Of a stretch of DNA of 64,000 bases, positions 9,995 through 19,589 are shown piece after piece. The stretch covers positions 128,001 to 192,000 of the forward strand of contig JAYZBQ010000048.1 in the NCBI GenBank assembly GCA_036338695.1. Reading direction: 5' to 3'. The notes under the pieces are model-generated. The model was not told the DNA's origin and did not search any database. It saw only the letters and a list, made by a program, of their open reading frames with translations. Within the stretch, counting starts at the first letter, position 1, and each line of letters starts with the position of its first letter. The stretch is from Myxococcota bacterium (GTDB lineage: Bacteria; Myxococcota; UBA4151). The translations under genes were made by a program, and so were the position numbers.

Positions 9995-10462
9995 ATGAAG
10001 GTCCTGCGTCCGCTGCTGGCTTTCGGCATGCTCATCGCTGCGCTCCTTGCGTTCTCGGCACAACAGCAGGGCAGCGGCGCGTTGGTTGCGCAAGGCGCCT
10101 ACCTCGGCGCGCTGCTCATCCTGATCATCGATCGCCTCGCCATGATGAAAAAAGATCCAAGCAGACGCGGACAGGCCGTCGGCGAGGTCGCCCTTGGGCT
10201 GCTGGTCGCAAGCCTTCTGTTCTCACCCGATTTTGCTAACGCCGTTCAAAGAAAGCGACCGGGGCTTCCGGTCGCCGAGCTCATCCAAGCGACCGAGAGC
10301 GCAGACACGAACGTCCGGGCGATGGCGCTTGAGATCTGCCTGCAGCGGCGCCTCTTCAAGGCGTGCAAAGCGAGCTTTGAAAAGGCTTCACAAAGCTCCG
10401 ATGAACTGATCAAGGCGCTAGGCGCCTCGGGGCTGCGAGGGCGATCGGGTTTGAAACGATGA
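9995..10462 (+). CDS. Hypothetical membrane protein with HEAT-like C-terminus
   Basis: AAGGAG RBS, three hydrophobic segments, LIQATESADTNVRAMALE HEAT-like motif. Confidence 0.6.
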   Translation: MKVLRPLLAFGMLIAALLAFSAQQQGSGALVAQGAYLGALLILIIDRLAMMKKDPSRRGQAVGEVALGLLVASLLFSPDFANAVQRKRPGLPVAELIQATESADTNVRAMALEICLQRRLFKACKASFEKASQSSDELIKALGASGLRGRSGLKR

Positions 10463-11178
10463 AGTTCTTTGTCTTGAGTCAGGTGGCTGCTGTGCTGATC
10501 GTGGGGCTCGCGCTGCGGTGGCTGTGCGCACACCAAGGGATCGGACAGAATCAACTGCTCTTGATCGACGGCGCCGTCGTGGCGCTCGCGCTCGCTGCCT
10601 TGGCGTATGGATTAAATCGGCTGCTGACCCCTTACGAGTTGATCAGGCGGCGAGTCGCCGAAGCGGTGCGCGCCAAGACGCCGCGCAGCGTCACCGTCGA
10701 CGGCTTTGCGCCGCAGCGAGATCTTGCGCGCGAGATCGATACCCTTATGCGCCTTCTCGAGGAGCGTATGGAGGATCCCAACCTCGGCCCCGTCTACCTG
10801 CGCGGTGGCAAGCAGCGAGCGGACTCGTTTATCGAAGACTCCGTGCCCAGTGACGACGCCCTCGAGCCGGGCGAGGTCAGCCAGCCCGAGGTCCTCCCCT
10901 ACAGCGAGTCGGAGACGCCGGTCGCCGCCGACCCCATCCTCGACTCGGTCGCGCCGCACGAACCCTTTCGGGAGCTGTTCGTCAGCTATGTCCAGGCGCT
11001 TCGCCAAGCAGACCGAGCCGATGAGGTGACGTCCTACACGGACTTCACGGACGCCCTCGACGAGGTGCGCGCCTCGCTCGTTGCGGAACATCCCGGCTAC
11101 GACGTCCTCTTCTTTCTCGGTGATGGGCCCCAGATCAAGCCGCGCCTGATCCCGTCCGCACAGGACGCTCCAAGCTAA
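10459..11178 (+). CDS. Membrane protein: 2 TM, HAMP-like segment, acidic linker, MXAN_5187-C-like domain
   Basis: ATGA overlap. LLTPYELIRRRV...DLAREIDTLMRLL is HAMP-like. FRELFVSYVQALRQ...YTDFTDAL...LVAEHPGYDVLF resembles (from memory) the myxobacterial MXAN_5187 C-terminal domain. Confidence 0.55.
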   Translation: MKFFVLSQVAAVLIVGLALRWLCAHQGIGQNQLLLIDGAVVALALAALAYGLNRLLTPYELIRRRVAEAVRAKTPRSVTVDGFAPQRDLAREIDTLMRLLEERMEDPNLGPVYLRGGKQRADSFIEDSVPSDDALEPGEVSQPEVLPYSESETPVAADPILDSVAPHEPFRELFVSYVQALRQADRADEVTSYTDFTDALDEVRASLVAEHPGYDVLFFLGDGPQIKPRLIPSAQDAPS

Positions 11179-11951
11179 AGCCGGATGATCCGCTCCTTGC
11201 CGAGCACGTGACGATCAAGGTCCACCCGCAAGGTCCCTTTGGGGTGGCTCAATTCCGCTCGCCAAAGCGGCCTCGATGCGTCTTGACCGACCCACATACG
11301 CACCTTGTAACTGCGCCCACCGCGCTTGAGCCAAAGATCCACGCGCCAGGCTTCGAGGTCACCGACCGCAGTCGTGATCGTCTCTTTGCCGACCACGCGC
11401 CCGCGCAGGCGGTTCAGCCCCGAGTAGGCGTACATCCTCAGACACACGCTCTGCCCGGGCGTAAATTCAAGATCGCGCATCCCGTAAATCAGCTGCACGG
11501 GATCGATCAGCGCGCCGCGTAGGACGCCCTCCTTTTTGCGCTCACCCTTGGCATGCGCAAAGCGGATCACCCCGCCGTTGAGCACAGCACGATCCGAGAT
11601 CACCTTCTTGGACTGGTTGAGGTTCGACCGATAAAAGCGTGACTCTTGTGAGCGGGGATCTTGCAGCGACAAAAACTTGCCGGCGAGATCGGTGGCAAAA
11701 GCAGCGTATGCGTTGGTCTCCAGATCGGCCCGAATCGGGTAGCCGACCCCGTAGGGTGTGCGCTCGAGCCCACCGATTTTGAGGTGGGCGCGTCCCGCAG
11801 CGACGCCACCAACGCGCATGCTGTAGCTCAACTCCTCGCCCGCGCTGTACGGCAGCGCCGAACCAGCTCCCCGATGCATCCCGCAGGGCGCAGCGAGCGC
11901 TGACGACGAAGCGAACGCGACGACGACTCCTAGGCTGTAGAGCGATCGCAT
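11175..11951 (-). CDS. DUF3108-family secreted protein
   Basis: GGAGG RBS, signal peptide, PYSAGEELSYSM...GRAHL...GKETITTAVGDLEAWRV...MWVGQDASRP pattern. Confidence 0.7.
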   Translation of the reverse strand: MRSLYSLGVVVAFASSSALAAPCGMHRGAGSALPYSAGEELSYSMRVGGVAAGRAHLKIGGLERTPYGVGYPIRADLETNAYAAFATDLAGKFLSLQDPRSQESRFYRSNLNQSKKVISDRAVLNGGVIRFAHAKGERKKEGVLRGALIDPVQLIYGMRDLEFTPGQSVCLRMYAYSGLNRLRGRVVGKETITTAVGDLEAWRVDLWLKRGGRSYKVRMWVGQDASRPLWRAELSHPKGTLRVDLDRHVLGKERIIRL

Positions 11952-12005
11952 AAAACCTCCAGCCGAGCTCAGGACACACACAAGCTAGACGCCGTGGCGC
12001 ATACC

Positions 12006-12806
12006 CTATTCACCACACCAGCGCCGATAGACCGCAGCGGCGTCCTCAACAGGATAACCCCAGAAGCGCTGCGCCTCAACCGCTTGGCGGGCTAACATCA
12101 AGCGTCCATCCACCGCAAATTGACCCCTTTGAAGCGCATGTGCCACCCACGGCGTGGTGGCTTCGCGTCGATACACCAGGTCCCAATGGACGAGGCCGTC
12201 GACCTGCTCAGAGGCGATCGGCAGCGCGTCCGAAGCCCCTGCGCCGAGAGGCGTGGCGTTGATCACAAGCTGGCAGCCCTCGAGGTACTCAGCGGCGTGC
12301 GCATACGGGATCACCTCAAGATGGTCGCCCCACGGCGCCAGCCGGCGGCGTGCCGCGGCGGCGTTTCGGCAAGCGACCCAAAGCGGTCCAAACTCGCGCC
12401 GAACGAGCTCGTGAACCACACTCGGGACCACACCGCCCGCTCCAAGTATCATCGCTGCTCCCGCCGCACAGGGCAATCGATCGAGGGTCATCGCCACCCC
12501 ATCAAGGTCCGTATTGTGCCCGATCAACGCGCCCTGCTCGACACGCACCGTATTGACCGAACTCAGCTGCTGAGCGCGCGCCGTGGCGTCATCGAGATGG
12601 GTCAGCACCTGCACCTTGAACGGCGCCGTAAGGTTGAAGCCAGCGAGCTCGTGGCGCGCCCTTTCAAGCGCCGCCTCGAACGCATCGACTCGGACCGACC
12701 ACAGCTCGTACGTCGCCTCCGCGCCAAGTTGCTGCCAAATCTGCTCATGGATCGCCGGGCTCAGCGAGCCCTCAACTCGTCCACCCAAGAGGGCATAACG
12801 CCTCAT
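12006..12806 (-). CDS. aroE: Shikimate dehydrogenase
   Basis: SLSPAIH, GFNLTAPFK, SVNT, GHNTD, ILGAGG, INATPLG, DLVY motifs. Confidence 0.92.
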   Translation of the reverse strand: MRRYALLGGRVEGSLSPAIHEQIWQQLGAEATYELWSVRVDAFEAALERARHELAGFNLTAPFKVQVLTHLDDATARAQQLSSVNTVRVEQGALIGHNTDLDGVAMTLDRLPCAAGAAMILGAGGVVPSVVHELVRREFGPLWVACRNAAAARRRLAPWGDHLEVIPYAHAAEYLEGCQLVINATPLGAGASDALPIASEQVDGLVHWDLVYRREATTPWVAHALQRGQFAVDGRLMLARQAVEAQRFWGYPVEDAAAVYRRWCGE

Positions 12807-13712
12807 CTAGAGCAGCGCCTGGCGCGCCGCCCCGACGTCCCGGGCAATCTGCGCCGCAAGCGCCTCAACCCCCTCAAAGCGGCGCTCACCCCGAAGCCTC
12901 GTACGCAGCTCCACACGCAAACGCTCGCCGTATAACTCGGCCTGGTGATCGATGAGGTGGACCTCCAAAACACGCGCACCCTCGTCACCACGAAGCGTCG
13001 GCGCGCGCCCTACATTCATCACCCCATCAACGAGACCAGACGGTGTGACCACGCGCACTGCATAGACCCCATCACCGGGGGTCATCTGACGCGCATCAAG
13101 CGCTAAGTTAGCGGTCGGAAAACCCAGCGAGCGACCGCGCCCCTGACCACGCACCACCACCCCTTCGAGGTCGAAAAAACGACCGGTCAGCCGCTTTAGG
13201 TGCTCAGCGTCCCCCGCTTGGAGCGCCTCACGCATCGCCGATGAGCGCACGCGATGACCGGTTGCGCCGACCTCTTCAAGCACGATCACCTCGAAACGAT
13301 CGTCAGCGCCTAAGGTCGAAACGTCTCCTGCGCGTGCCTTACCAAAGCGATAATCTGGCCCCGTCACCAAAACCCGAGCCCCCAACTCATGGCGGAGGCG
13401 ATCCATAAACTGTTCCGGCGTCTGTTGGGCAAAGTCGGTATCGAAGGACGCAAAGACCGTCCGGGCGATGCCGTGCGCCCGCAACAGCTCCGCGCGCCGC
13501 TCGGGTAGGGTGAGTAAAGAGCCCTCCGTGGCGCCCCGGAAAAAAGCGGCAGGGTGAGGTTCGAACGAGTAAGCGATCGGCATGAGGTCCCGCGTCGCGG
13601 CTTCAGCCGCGCATCGACGAGCCAAGGCCTGATGACCGAGATGAACGCCGTCAAACACGCCGAGCGCCACGCAAGCGCCGTTTGCGGCGCCCTCGCTGCC
13701 TAGCTGATTCAC
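12807..13712 (-). CDS. ribF: Bifunctional riboflavin kinase / FAD synthetase
   Basis: GVFDGVHLGHQ, FEPHP, GRGRSLGFPTAN, LEVHLID, LRGERRF. Confidence 0.96.
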   Translation of the reverse strand: MNQLGSEGAANGACVALGVFDGVHLGHQALARRCAAEAATRDLMPIAYSFEPHPAAFFRGATEGSLLTLPERRAELLRAHGIARTVFASFDTDFAQQTPEQFMDRLRHELGARVLVTGPDYRFGKARAGDVSTLGADDRFEVIVLEEVGATGHRVRSSAMREALQAGDAEHLKRLTGRFFDLEGVVVRGQGRGRSLGFPTANLALDARQMTPGDGVYAVRVVTPSGLVDGVMNVGRAPTLRGDEGARVLEVHLIDHQAELYGERLRVELRTRLRGERRFEGVEALAAQIARDVGAARQALL

Positions 13713-14620
13713 GGCGTCCCAGATGCTTTCGGCGCAGCTCCACCCCCAGCGGCGGTCTCATCCACAGGCGCCTCATCAGCGACGGACTCCGCGGGGCGCG
13801 GCGGCAAGATGAAGTCGCGCCAACCCTCTCGATCGCTCTTACCCAAGGGCTTCATGCGCACGGCGTGGGCTTTCGGGAAGGCTTTCGAAAGGTCGGCGGC
13901 GTCCGACTCGAGCACCGAGAACGTGGCGATCACCTGACCCAGCCCTGCGATCGTCTCGAGGCGGTCTTTCTGAAACGCCTCATCACCAGCCCTCGGCCGC
14001 GGCGGCAGCATCAGGTAGGCGCGCGGCGCAAGCACAGGGTAGCTGTTGTTTCGAAGGACTTGGATCCACCCGGGACCGCTTCGGATGAGGTCGTCTTTGC
14101 CGACATACACAAGGGTTGTACCTGCGTCATAAAGGGCTCGAAAGAACGCCTCGCCTCCGGCGCGCGGTTGATCGTCGGGGATGTACGCGTCCGAGTTCAA
14201 ACGCTCGCCAAAACGGCGCTTGAGGAGGTCGAGCAGCTTCTCATCCTCGATCCCTGCCGCCCGAATGTAATCAGCCTGAGACCGCAGCGGCGCTCCCTGC
14301 TCCACCCGCTCCATCACGGTGCGCATCAAGTCGTTCTTTCCGGCCTCAGCCAGCACCTCAAGGAAGATGCGGCGGCTTCGACCGGAGGCGTCGAACAAGG
14401 TCTCACCGTCGAGCGCAATCACCACCACCGGAGCCGGCGTCTCTTTCGCCTGATCGATCAGCGCGTGACGCGCCTGAGCTGGGTCATCAGGCAACGCAGC
14501 CACCTGTGGCTGCGCCGGCGCGTCCGATTTTTCGGGCGCCTTTGTGGACGCAGGTTGTGCCCCACAGCCCGAACAGCCAGTCACGCTGGCAACGCAAAAC
14601 AACAACACAAGACGTTTCAT
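13709..14620 (-). CDS. Lipoprotein with degenerate HAD-like fold
   Basis: Lipobox VTGC. VVVIALDGETLFD and RAGGEAFFRALYDAGTTLVYV track HAD motifs I and II but the catalytic residues are changed. Stop overlaps the ribF start (GTGA). Confidence 0.65.
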   Translation of the reverse strand: MKRLVLLFCVASVTGCSGCGAQPASTKAPEKSDAPAQPQVAALPDDPAQARHALIDQAKETPAPVVVIALDGETLFDASGRSRRIFLEVLAEAGKNDLMRTVMERVEQGAPLRSQADYIRAAGIEDEKLLDLLKRRFGERLNSDAYIPDDQPRAGGEAFFRALYDAGTTLVYVGKDDLIRSGPGWIQVLRNNSYPVLAPRAYLMLPPRPRAGDEAFQKDRLETIAGLGQVIATFSVLESDAADLSKAFPKAHAVRMKPLGKSDREGWRDFILPPRPAESVADEAPVDETAAGGGAAPKASGTP

Positions 14621-14672
14621 TTTTCATTCACCTTGGGCGCATCGCCCCACGCCTGGGGCATAATCAGAACCC

Positions 14673-15257
14673 CTAAAAAAGGTCCACACGGAACCGGGCT
14701 TTGACGGTAAACGACCGATTACCGAGCGGTTGATTCCCTTTGAGCCGTAGGGAAATCGTCGTCGGCTGCTCAAGCAGCACCTTGAGGTTGGTCTCGGGCC
14801 CACTGAGAACGAGCTCACGCTCGCTCTGCCACAGCGCCTCGCCCTCGATCTGCGCCAGCTCAATCTCTTGATCGCCTGCGATCGCGACGAAACGCATCGC
14901 CTCGAGGTAGGCATACGGGTCGCGCACCGACTCAGGCTGCGCCGTGATCGTCAGGTCCAGCAGCGTCAGCGAGTCGACATGCTCAACGCCAACCCCCTGG
15001 TCCGAAAAGGACGGCAACTGCGTCATCTCAAGCCCGGCGAACCCGGGCGGCCTGAGCTGGTCGTAACCCTGCTCATCCGAACCAAACCCTCCATCAACGA
15101 CGCGCCCCGGCGGCAGGGCGGCGCTGCTGCGACCTGGGATCTCAAAAGCCTCGTCGAGCTCAAAGTCAAACTGGGTCAGCGCGTCGCAGCCGGATAAGGC
15201 GATCAGCGCTACACAACTCCAGCGAAGGTTCGATGTATGGGGTGCATCGAGAAACAT
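14673..15257 (-). CDS. Hypothetical lipoprotein
   Basis: GGAGGA RBS before ATG at 15257, lipobox LSGC, beta-rich mature domain. Confidence 0.7.
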   Translation of the reverse strand: MFLDAPHTSNLRWSCVALIALSGCDALTQFDFELDEAFEIPGRSSAALPPGRVVDGGFGSDEQGYDQLRPPGFAGLEMTQLPSFSDQGVGVEHVDSLTLLDLTITAQPESVRDPYAYLEAMRFVAIAGDQEIELAQIEGEALWQSERELVLSGPETNLKVLLEQPTTISLRLKGNQPLGNRSFTVKARFRVDLF

Positions 15258-15266
15258 TTTATTCCT

Positions 15267-15393
15267 CCGATGCAGTTCTGATGGTCGGATCGTCATAGAA
15301 ACGACAATACTTGAGTGGGGACGACGGTATTGTCTTAGGTTTCAACTGCGATCGGCAAGCCTGCGGCACATTCGCTGCGGGTTTGTTTTTTTT
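15267..15393 (+). ncRNA. Candidate structured small RNA (three-stem junction plus terminator)
   Basis: Nested pairings 15267-77/15344-55, 15279-85/15289-95 and 15298-310/15327-43, followed by a terminator hairpin with T8. The G-U pairs work only on the + strand. Confidence 0.4.
15355..15393 (+). terminator. Rho-independent terminator, convergent with pilR
   Basis: GCAAGCCTGCGGC-acattc-GCTGCGGGTTTGT is a 13-bp stem with 4 G-U pairs, running into T8 (15386-15393). Confidence 0.7.
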
Positions 15394-16792
15394 AGACATT
15401 TTCCGACTCCTCGTCGTGTTCATTGAAGAGCTTTTTGTAGCGATATCGAAAACTTCGAAAGCTCAAGCCGAGCAGGTCGGCGGCGCGCGTCTTGACCTGA
15501 CCCGAGAGCGTCATCGCCTGCGTCATCAGGTCACGCTCATAGGTCTCGAGCGCCGTCTCGAGGTCCAAGCCGTCCTCGGTGACCACGGCGCCGCCACCTG
15601 AGGCGACATAATCCCCTCCGCCGCCGAGGTCCGGCGGCAGATCTTCGACCTCGATCCACTCACCGTCGCACAGGGTCACGCCGCGCTCGATCACGTTCTC
15701 AAGCTCACGAACATTACCCGGGAAGTCATGGTGCATGATCGCTTGCTCAGCGGCCTTCGTCAGGCCGCGCAGCGTCTTCGATTGTTCTTGGGCGAAGCGC
15801 TCAATAAAATGGGCGATGAGGACGGCGATGTCGTCGCGCCGGGCGCGCAATGCCGGGACCGGAATCTCGACGACATTAAGCCGAAAGAAGAGGTCCTCAC
15901 GGAAGGTACCAGCCGCCACCTCTTCTCTCAGGTTCCGGTTGGTCGCAGCGAGGACGCGTACGTTAAGGTTGACGTCCTGACGCCCCCCAACCGGGCGAAT
16001 TCGTCGCTCCTGCAACATGCGCAGCATCTTGACCTGCGCTTGGAGCGGCAGCTCGGCGATCTCATCGAGGAACAAGGTCCCGTTGTTCGCCTCCTCACAG
16101 AGTCCGACCCGATCACTGACCGAGCCCGTGTAGGCTCCTTTCGCTGAGCCAAAGAGCTCTGCCTCGACGAGGTTATCTGGTATCGCGCCGCAATTGATCG
16201 GCACAAAGGGGCCGTCCGCCCAAGGCGAGGCTCGATGGATCGCTCGAGCGACGAGCTCCTTACCGGTGCCCGACTCTCCGGTGATCAAGACGGTCGTGCG
16301 CGATGAAGCCACCTTGCCGATCAGGGTCTGCACGCGATCCATCGCAAGGCTTCGCCCCAACAGATCCGGGTCGCGCCGCGCCGTGAGCTGCGCCCGCAGC
16401 GCGACGTTATCAGCGACCAGCGTTCGGCGCTCGAGCGCACGATCCACGACGACCTCGAGCTCGTCATGATCGACCGGCTTGATCAGGTAGTGATAAGCGC
16501 CCGAGCGCATCGCCTCCACGGCAGTCTGAGCCGAGGCGTAAGCGGTCGAGATAATCACCGGCAGGTTCGGGTCCGCCTCTTTTGCAGCCTCAAGGACTTT
16601 GAGCCCCTCATCACCGTCTTGCATCCGCAGATCGGTCAAGACGATGTCTAGGGCAGGCTCAGGCGTCGCCACGCGCTTCATCGCCGCCTGCCAGTCGGTC
16701 ATCGTCTCGACATCAAAGCCCCGTCGTTTGAAGCTAATCCCCAGCACAGTGCACTGGTGAGCTTCGTCATCGACGATCAGTATCCTCGGCAT
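15392..16792 (-). CDS. pilR: Sigma54-dependent response regulator PilR
   Basis: REC (LTDLRM), GESGTGKE, GAYTG, FREDLFFRLNV, FPGNVRELEN and Fis-type HTH AADLLGLSFRSFRYR. Lies after pilS. Confidence 0.88.
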   Translation of the reverse strand: MPRILIVDDEAHQCTVLGISFKRRGFDVETMTDWQAAMKRVATPEPALDIVLTDLRMQDGDEGLKVLEAAKEADPNLPVIISTAYASAQTAVEAMRSGAYHYLIKPVDHDELEVVVDRALERRTLVADNVALRAQLTARRDPDLLGRSLAMDRVQTLIGKVASSRTTVLITGESGTGKELVARAIHRASPWADGPFVPINCGAIPDNLVEAELFGSAKGAYTGSVSDRVGLCEEANNGTLFLDEIAELPLQAQVKMLRMLQERRIRPVGGRQDVNLNVRVLAATNRNLREEVAAGTFREDLFFRLNVVEIPVPALRARRDDIAVLIAHFIERFAQEQSKTLRGLTKAAEQAIMHHDFPGNVRELENVIERGVTLCDGEWIEVEDLPPDLGGGGDYVASGGGAVVTEDGLDLETALETYERDLMTQAMTLSGQVKTRAADLLGLSFRSFRYRYKKLFNEHDEESENV

Positions 16793-18374
16793 CTAGAGTC
16801 CCTCGACTAATCGGAAAGAACAGGTGGATCGTCGTGCCGTGATCGGGCTCCGAGTCCACCTCAATATGACCACCATGATCTACTACGATGCGCATGACAA
16901 TGGCTAGCCCCAGTCCGGAGCCGCCCCCGCCTCGACGGCGCGAATAAAACGGATCAAAGATCCGCTGCAGGTCATCCTTCGGGATCCCGCAGCCTCGATC
17001 TTCAACCGACAAAACAACCTGATCGAGGGCGCCCGCCTCTCCCGCCATCCGAGCGGTTGAGGCGATGATCGCTGAGCCTGGTTCAGAGGCTTGCGCTGCG
17101 TTGGATAGGAGGTTGTGGAGCAGCTGATGAAGCTGCTGCACCTCCATCTCGACGACGTGTCGCCCGCCGGGGTCAAACTCGAGTGGGTTGTTGCGCCCAT
17201 GGGGGCCTTGAGCGTAGGCGTCCAAGACCTCCTGGACGACCTCCTCGATCACCCTCGGCCTCAGCGACGGTCGGCGAGGGCGAGCCACGGTCAAGAACTC
17301 CTCGACCAGCTTATTGAGGCGCTCACCCTCTTGACGAATGATCTGGATCAACTGCTCGCGCTCGTCAGCGAGGCTCTGATCGGCGCAATTCCCAAGCTCC
17401 TGCGCGGCGCCCGTCATGTTTCCAAGCGGGTTGCGCAGCTCATGAGCAAGCCCCGCCGCCATGCGCCCGATACCGGCCATGCGCGACGCAAACATCACCT
17501 GCTGTTGCATCCCGTGCAGCTCGGTGATGTTCTCGAGGGTCACCAAGGTACCGCTCGAGAAGGGCGTAAACGCCGCACGAAAAACTCGCTCTTGCTCGCC
17601 GACGCGATGAACGACCTCACGAAAGCCCGACGTCGGCACGCGACCGAGCGTCGGCAAAGCCCGACCGACGCGCCGACCGACCAGACGGCCCGCACCGACC
17701 ATCACGCGCGCGGTCGGGTTGGCGACGGCGATCACGCCCATAGTGTCGACCAGCAACAACCCATGGGGCAAATGCTCCACGACGCGCTCGTGCAGGTCGC
17801 GCAGCTCAAGCAGCTCGATTTTGACCGCACGCGCCTGAAAATCAAGCGTGGCGGAGAGCCAAGCAGCCGAGACAAAAGCGACGCTGTGCGTTCCCACAGA
17901 GCGAGCCTCTGCGGCGCTAAAGACGTGCCACATCACCGACCCATCTTCACCCATCGCAGCGGTGATCGTGGCGAGCGTTACGACCGAGATAATCGACGCT
18001 GCGAAGGCGCCCCGGCGCCCCATGACGTTCGTGCCGTTCATCACCACGAGGACAAAGAAAAAGCTCAGCGGGCTCTCTTCAGCGCCTGTCGCCAAAACGA
18101 TCAAACCAGCCAGGAGCGGGTCGAGCATGACCTGCGGGAGCGCGAGCGAGCGCAGGTTCGGGTTCTGGCGCATCATCGCAAACCCGATGACCGTGGCCAG
18201 CGCCACGACGACCATGGCGATATCGAGCGCCAGTATCTGATGACGTGTGGTGATCTCGAAGCTTAACCCTGCCCGAAGGGCGCCGGCCATGACGAAGATC
18301 AGCGCCGTCCGGCCGATCAGGTACCGACGGTACCGCTCCGCCGTGAGCGTCACGGCACCGCTCGGCTCGGACAC
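16767..18374 (-). CDS. pilS: Sensor histidine kinase PilS
   Basis: Multiple TMs, PAS-like segment, AHELRNPL, NLLSNA, DRGCGI, GSGLGL. Lies in the pil cluster. Confidence 0.85.
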   Translation of the reverse strand: MSEPSGAVTLTAERYRRYLIGRTALIFVMAGALRAGLSFEITTRHQILALDIAMVVVALATVIGFAMMRQNPNLRSLALPQVMLDPLLAGLIVLATGAEESPLSFFFVLVVMNGTNVMGRRGAFAASIISVVTLATITAAMGEDGSVMWHVFSAAEARSVGTHSVAFVSAAWLSATLDFQARAVKIELLELRDLHERVVEHLPHGLLLVDTMGVIAVANPTARVMVGAGRLVGRRVGRALPTLGRVPTSGFREVVHRVGEQERVFRAAFTPFSSGTLVTLENITELHGMQQQVMFASRMAGIGRMAAGLAHELRNPLGNMTGAAQELGNCADQSLADEREQLIQIIRQEGERLNKLVEEFLTVARPRRPSLRPRVIEEVVQEVLDAYAQGPHGRNNPLEFDPGGRHVVEMEVQQLHQLLHNLLSNAAQASEPGSAIIASTARMAGEAGALDQVVLSVEDRGCGIPKDDLQRIFDPFYSRRRGGGGSGLGLAIVMRIVVDHGGHIEVDSEPDHGTTIHLFFPISRGTLDAEDTDRR

Positions 18375-18377
18375 GAC

Positions 18378-19586
18378 CTAGCCGACCTGGTTGATGATAT
18401 CGAAAATCGGCAGATACATGGCGATCACGAGCGTCCCGATGGTCCCCCCGAGGAACACCATCAAAAAGGGCTCGATCATCGAGGTCAACCCATCGACCGC
18501 TGAGTCCACCTCGTCGTCGTAAAAGTCGGCAATCTTTGTCAGCATGATATCGAGCGCACCGCTCTGCTCACCCACTGCGATCATCGAACACACCATCGCC
18601 GGAAAAACGCCAGAATCCAGCAACGGCTCAACCATCGCCTTGCCCTCTGCGATCTGGGCTCGGGTGTTGTCGATCGCCTCGGCGACGATATCATTGCCCG
18701 ATGACTCACTGCAGATCTCGAGCGCATCGATGATGCTCACCCCACTCTGTAGCATGGTCCCAAGCGTACGCGTAAACGACGCCACGGCGGTCTTACGAAT
18801 GAGCGGACCAAGGACTGGCAGATACAAGAACATCTTGTCGGTGTAGTAGTGTCCCTTTTTCGAGCGTCGAATCAGCATCCACACCACCCAGGTCGAGAAG
18901 ACACTCAGGAAAATCGTCGCTAAATTAGCCACCATCCAGTCGGACAAAGCCATCACCCGCTTGGTCAGCTCCGGCAGCGAGCCACCAAAGTCAGCGAACA
19001 TCGACTTGAACGCGGGCAACACCATGGTCATCAGCAAAAATACGACGCCTAGCGCCACGAGGACCGTGATCGCCGGATACATCATGGCGCTCTTGATTTT
19101 TTTCGTCAGCGCATCGGCTTTCTCTTTGTACACCGCAAGCCGCTGCATCACGACGTCGAGCACACCGCCGGTCTCACCCGCCAACACAAGGGAGGTGAAC
19201 AGCTTGTCAAAGATCGCCGGGTGCTCCGCCATCGCCTCCGACAGCGAGGCGCCCTCCTCCACCTTGGCTTTGATCTGCTTGAGCACCCGCCCAAACATCG
19301 GGTTCTCAGCTTGCGACCCCAAAATATCGATGCACATCACGAGCGGAAGCCCCGCGTCGATCATGGTGGAGAACTGCCGCGCAAAGATCACCACGTCGCG
19401 GGTGCTCACACCCGTTGCGCCTGGGATCATGTCCGAGATGTAGAACTCTTTGGGCGCCTTTTTGACCTCGAGGATCTCGCCGCCACGCGCCTCGAGGCGC
19501 TGGCGCGCCAGCTCGATGGTCGGCGCCTCAATATTATCCGTTTCCCGCATCCCGTTGGGGAGGCGGATCGTGTAACGCCATTCCAT
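18378..19586 (-). CDS. pilC: Type IV pilus platform protein PilC
   Basis: FARQFSTMIDAGLPL, AGETGG, SAMMYP, VGEQSGALD, MYLPIF. Confidence 0.95.
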   Translation of the reverse strand: MEWRYTIRLPNGMRETDNIEAPTIELARQRLEARGGEILEVKKAPKEFYISDMIPGATGVSTRDVVIFARQFSTMIDAGLPLVMCIDILGSQAENPMFGRVLKQIKAKVEEGASLSEAMAEHPAIFDKLFTSLVLAGETGGVLDVVMQRLAVYKEKADALTKKIKSAMMYPAITVLVALGVVFLLMTMVLPAFKSMFADFGGSLPELTKRVMALSDWMVANLATIFLSVFSTWVVWMLIRRSKKGHYYTDKMFLYLPVLGPLIRKTAVASFTRTLGTMLQSGVSIIDALEICSESSGNDIVAEAIDNTRAQIAEGKAMVEPLLDSGVFPAMVCSMIAVGEQSGALDIMLTKIADFYDDEVDSAVDGLTSMIEPFLMVFLGGTIGTLVIAMYLPIFDIINQVG

Positions 19587-19589
19587 CGC

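Noticed and set aside
15272..15349. Hammerhead ribozyme (CTGATG...GAAAC inside a three-way junction)
   Set aside because: The core reads CUGAUGG rather than CUGANGA, no stem II can form between it and GAAA, and the NUH site does not pair correctly.
15355..15372. Sigma54 promoter downstream of pilR (minus strand TGTGCCGCAGGCTTGC)
   Set aside because: It has TTGC at -12 but TG instead of the invariant GG at -24, and the sequence is explained by the hairpin.
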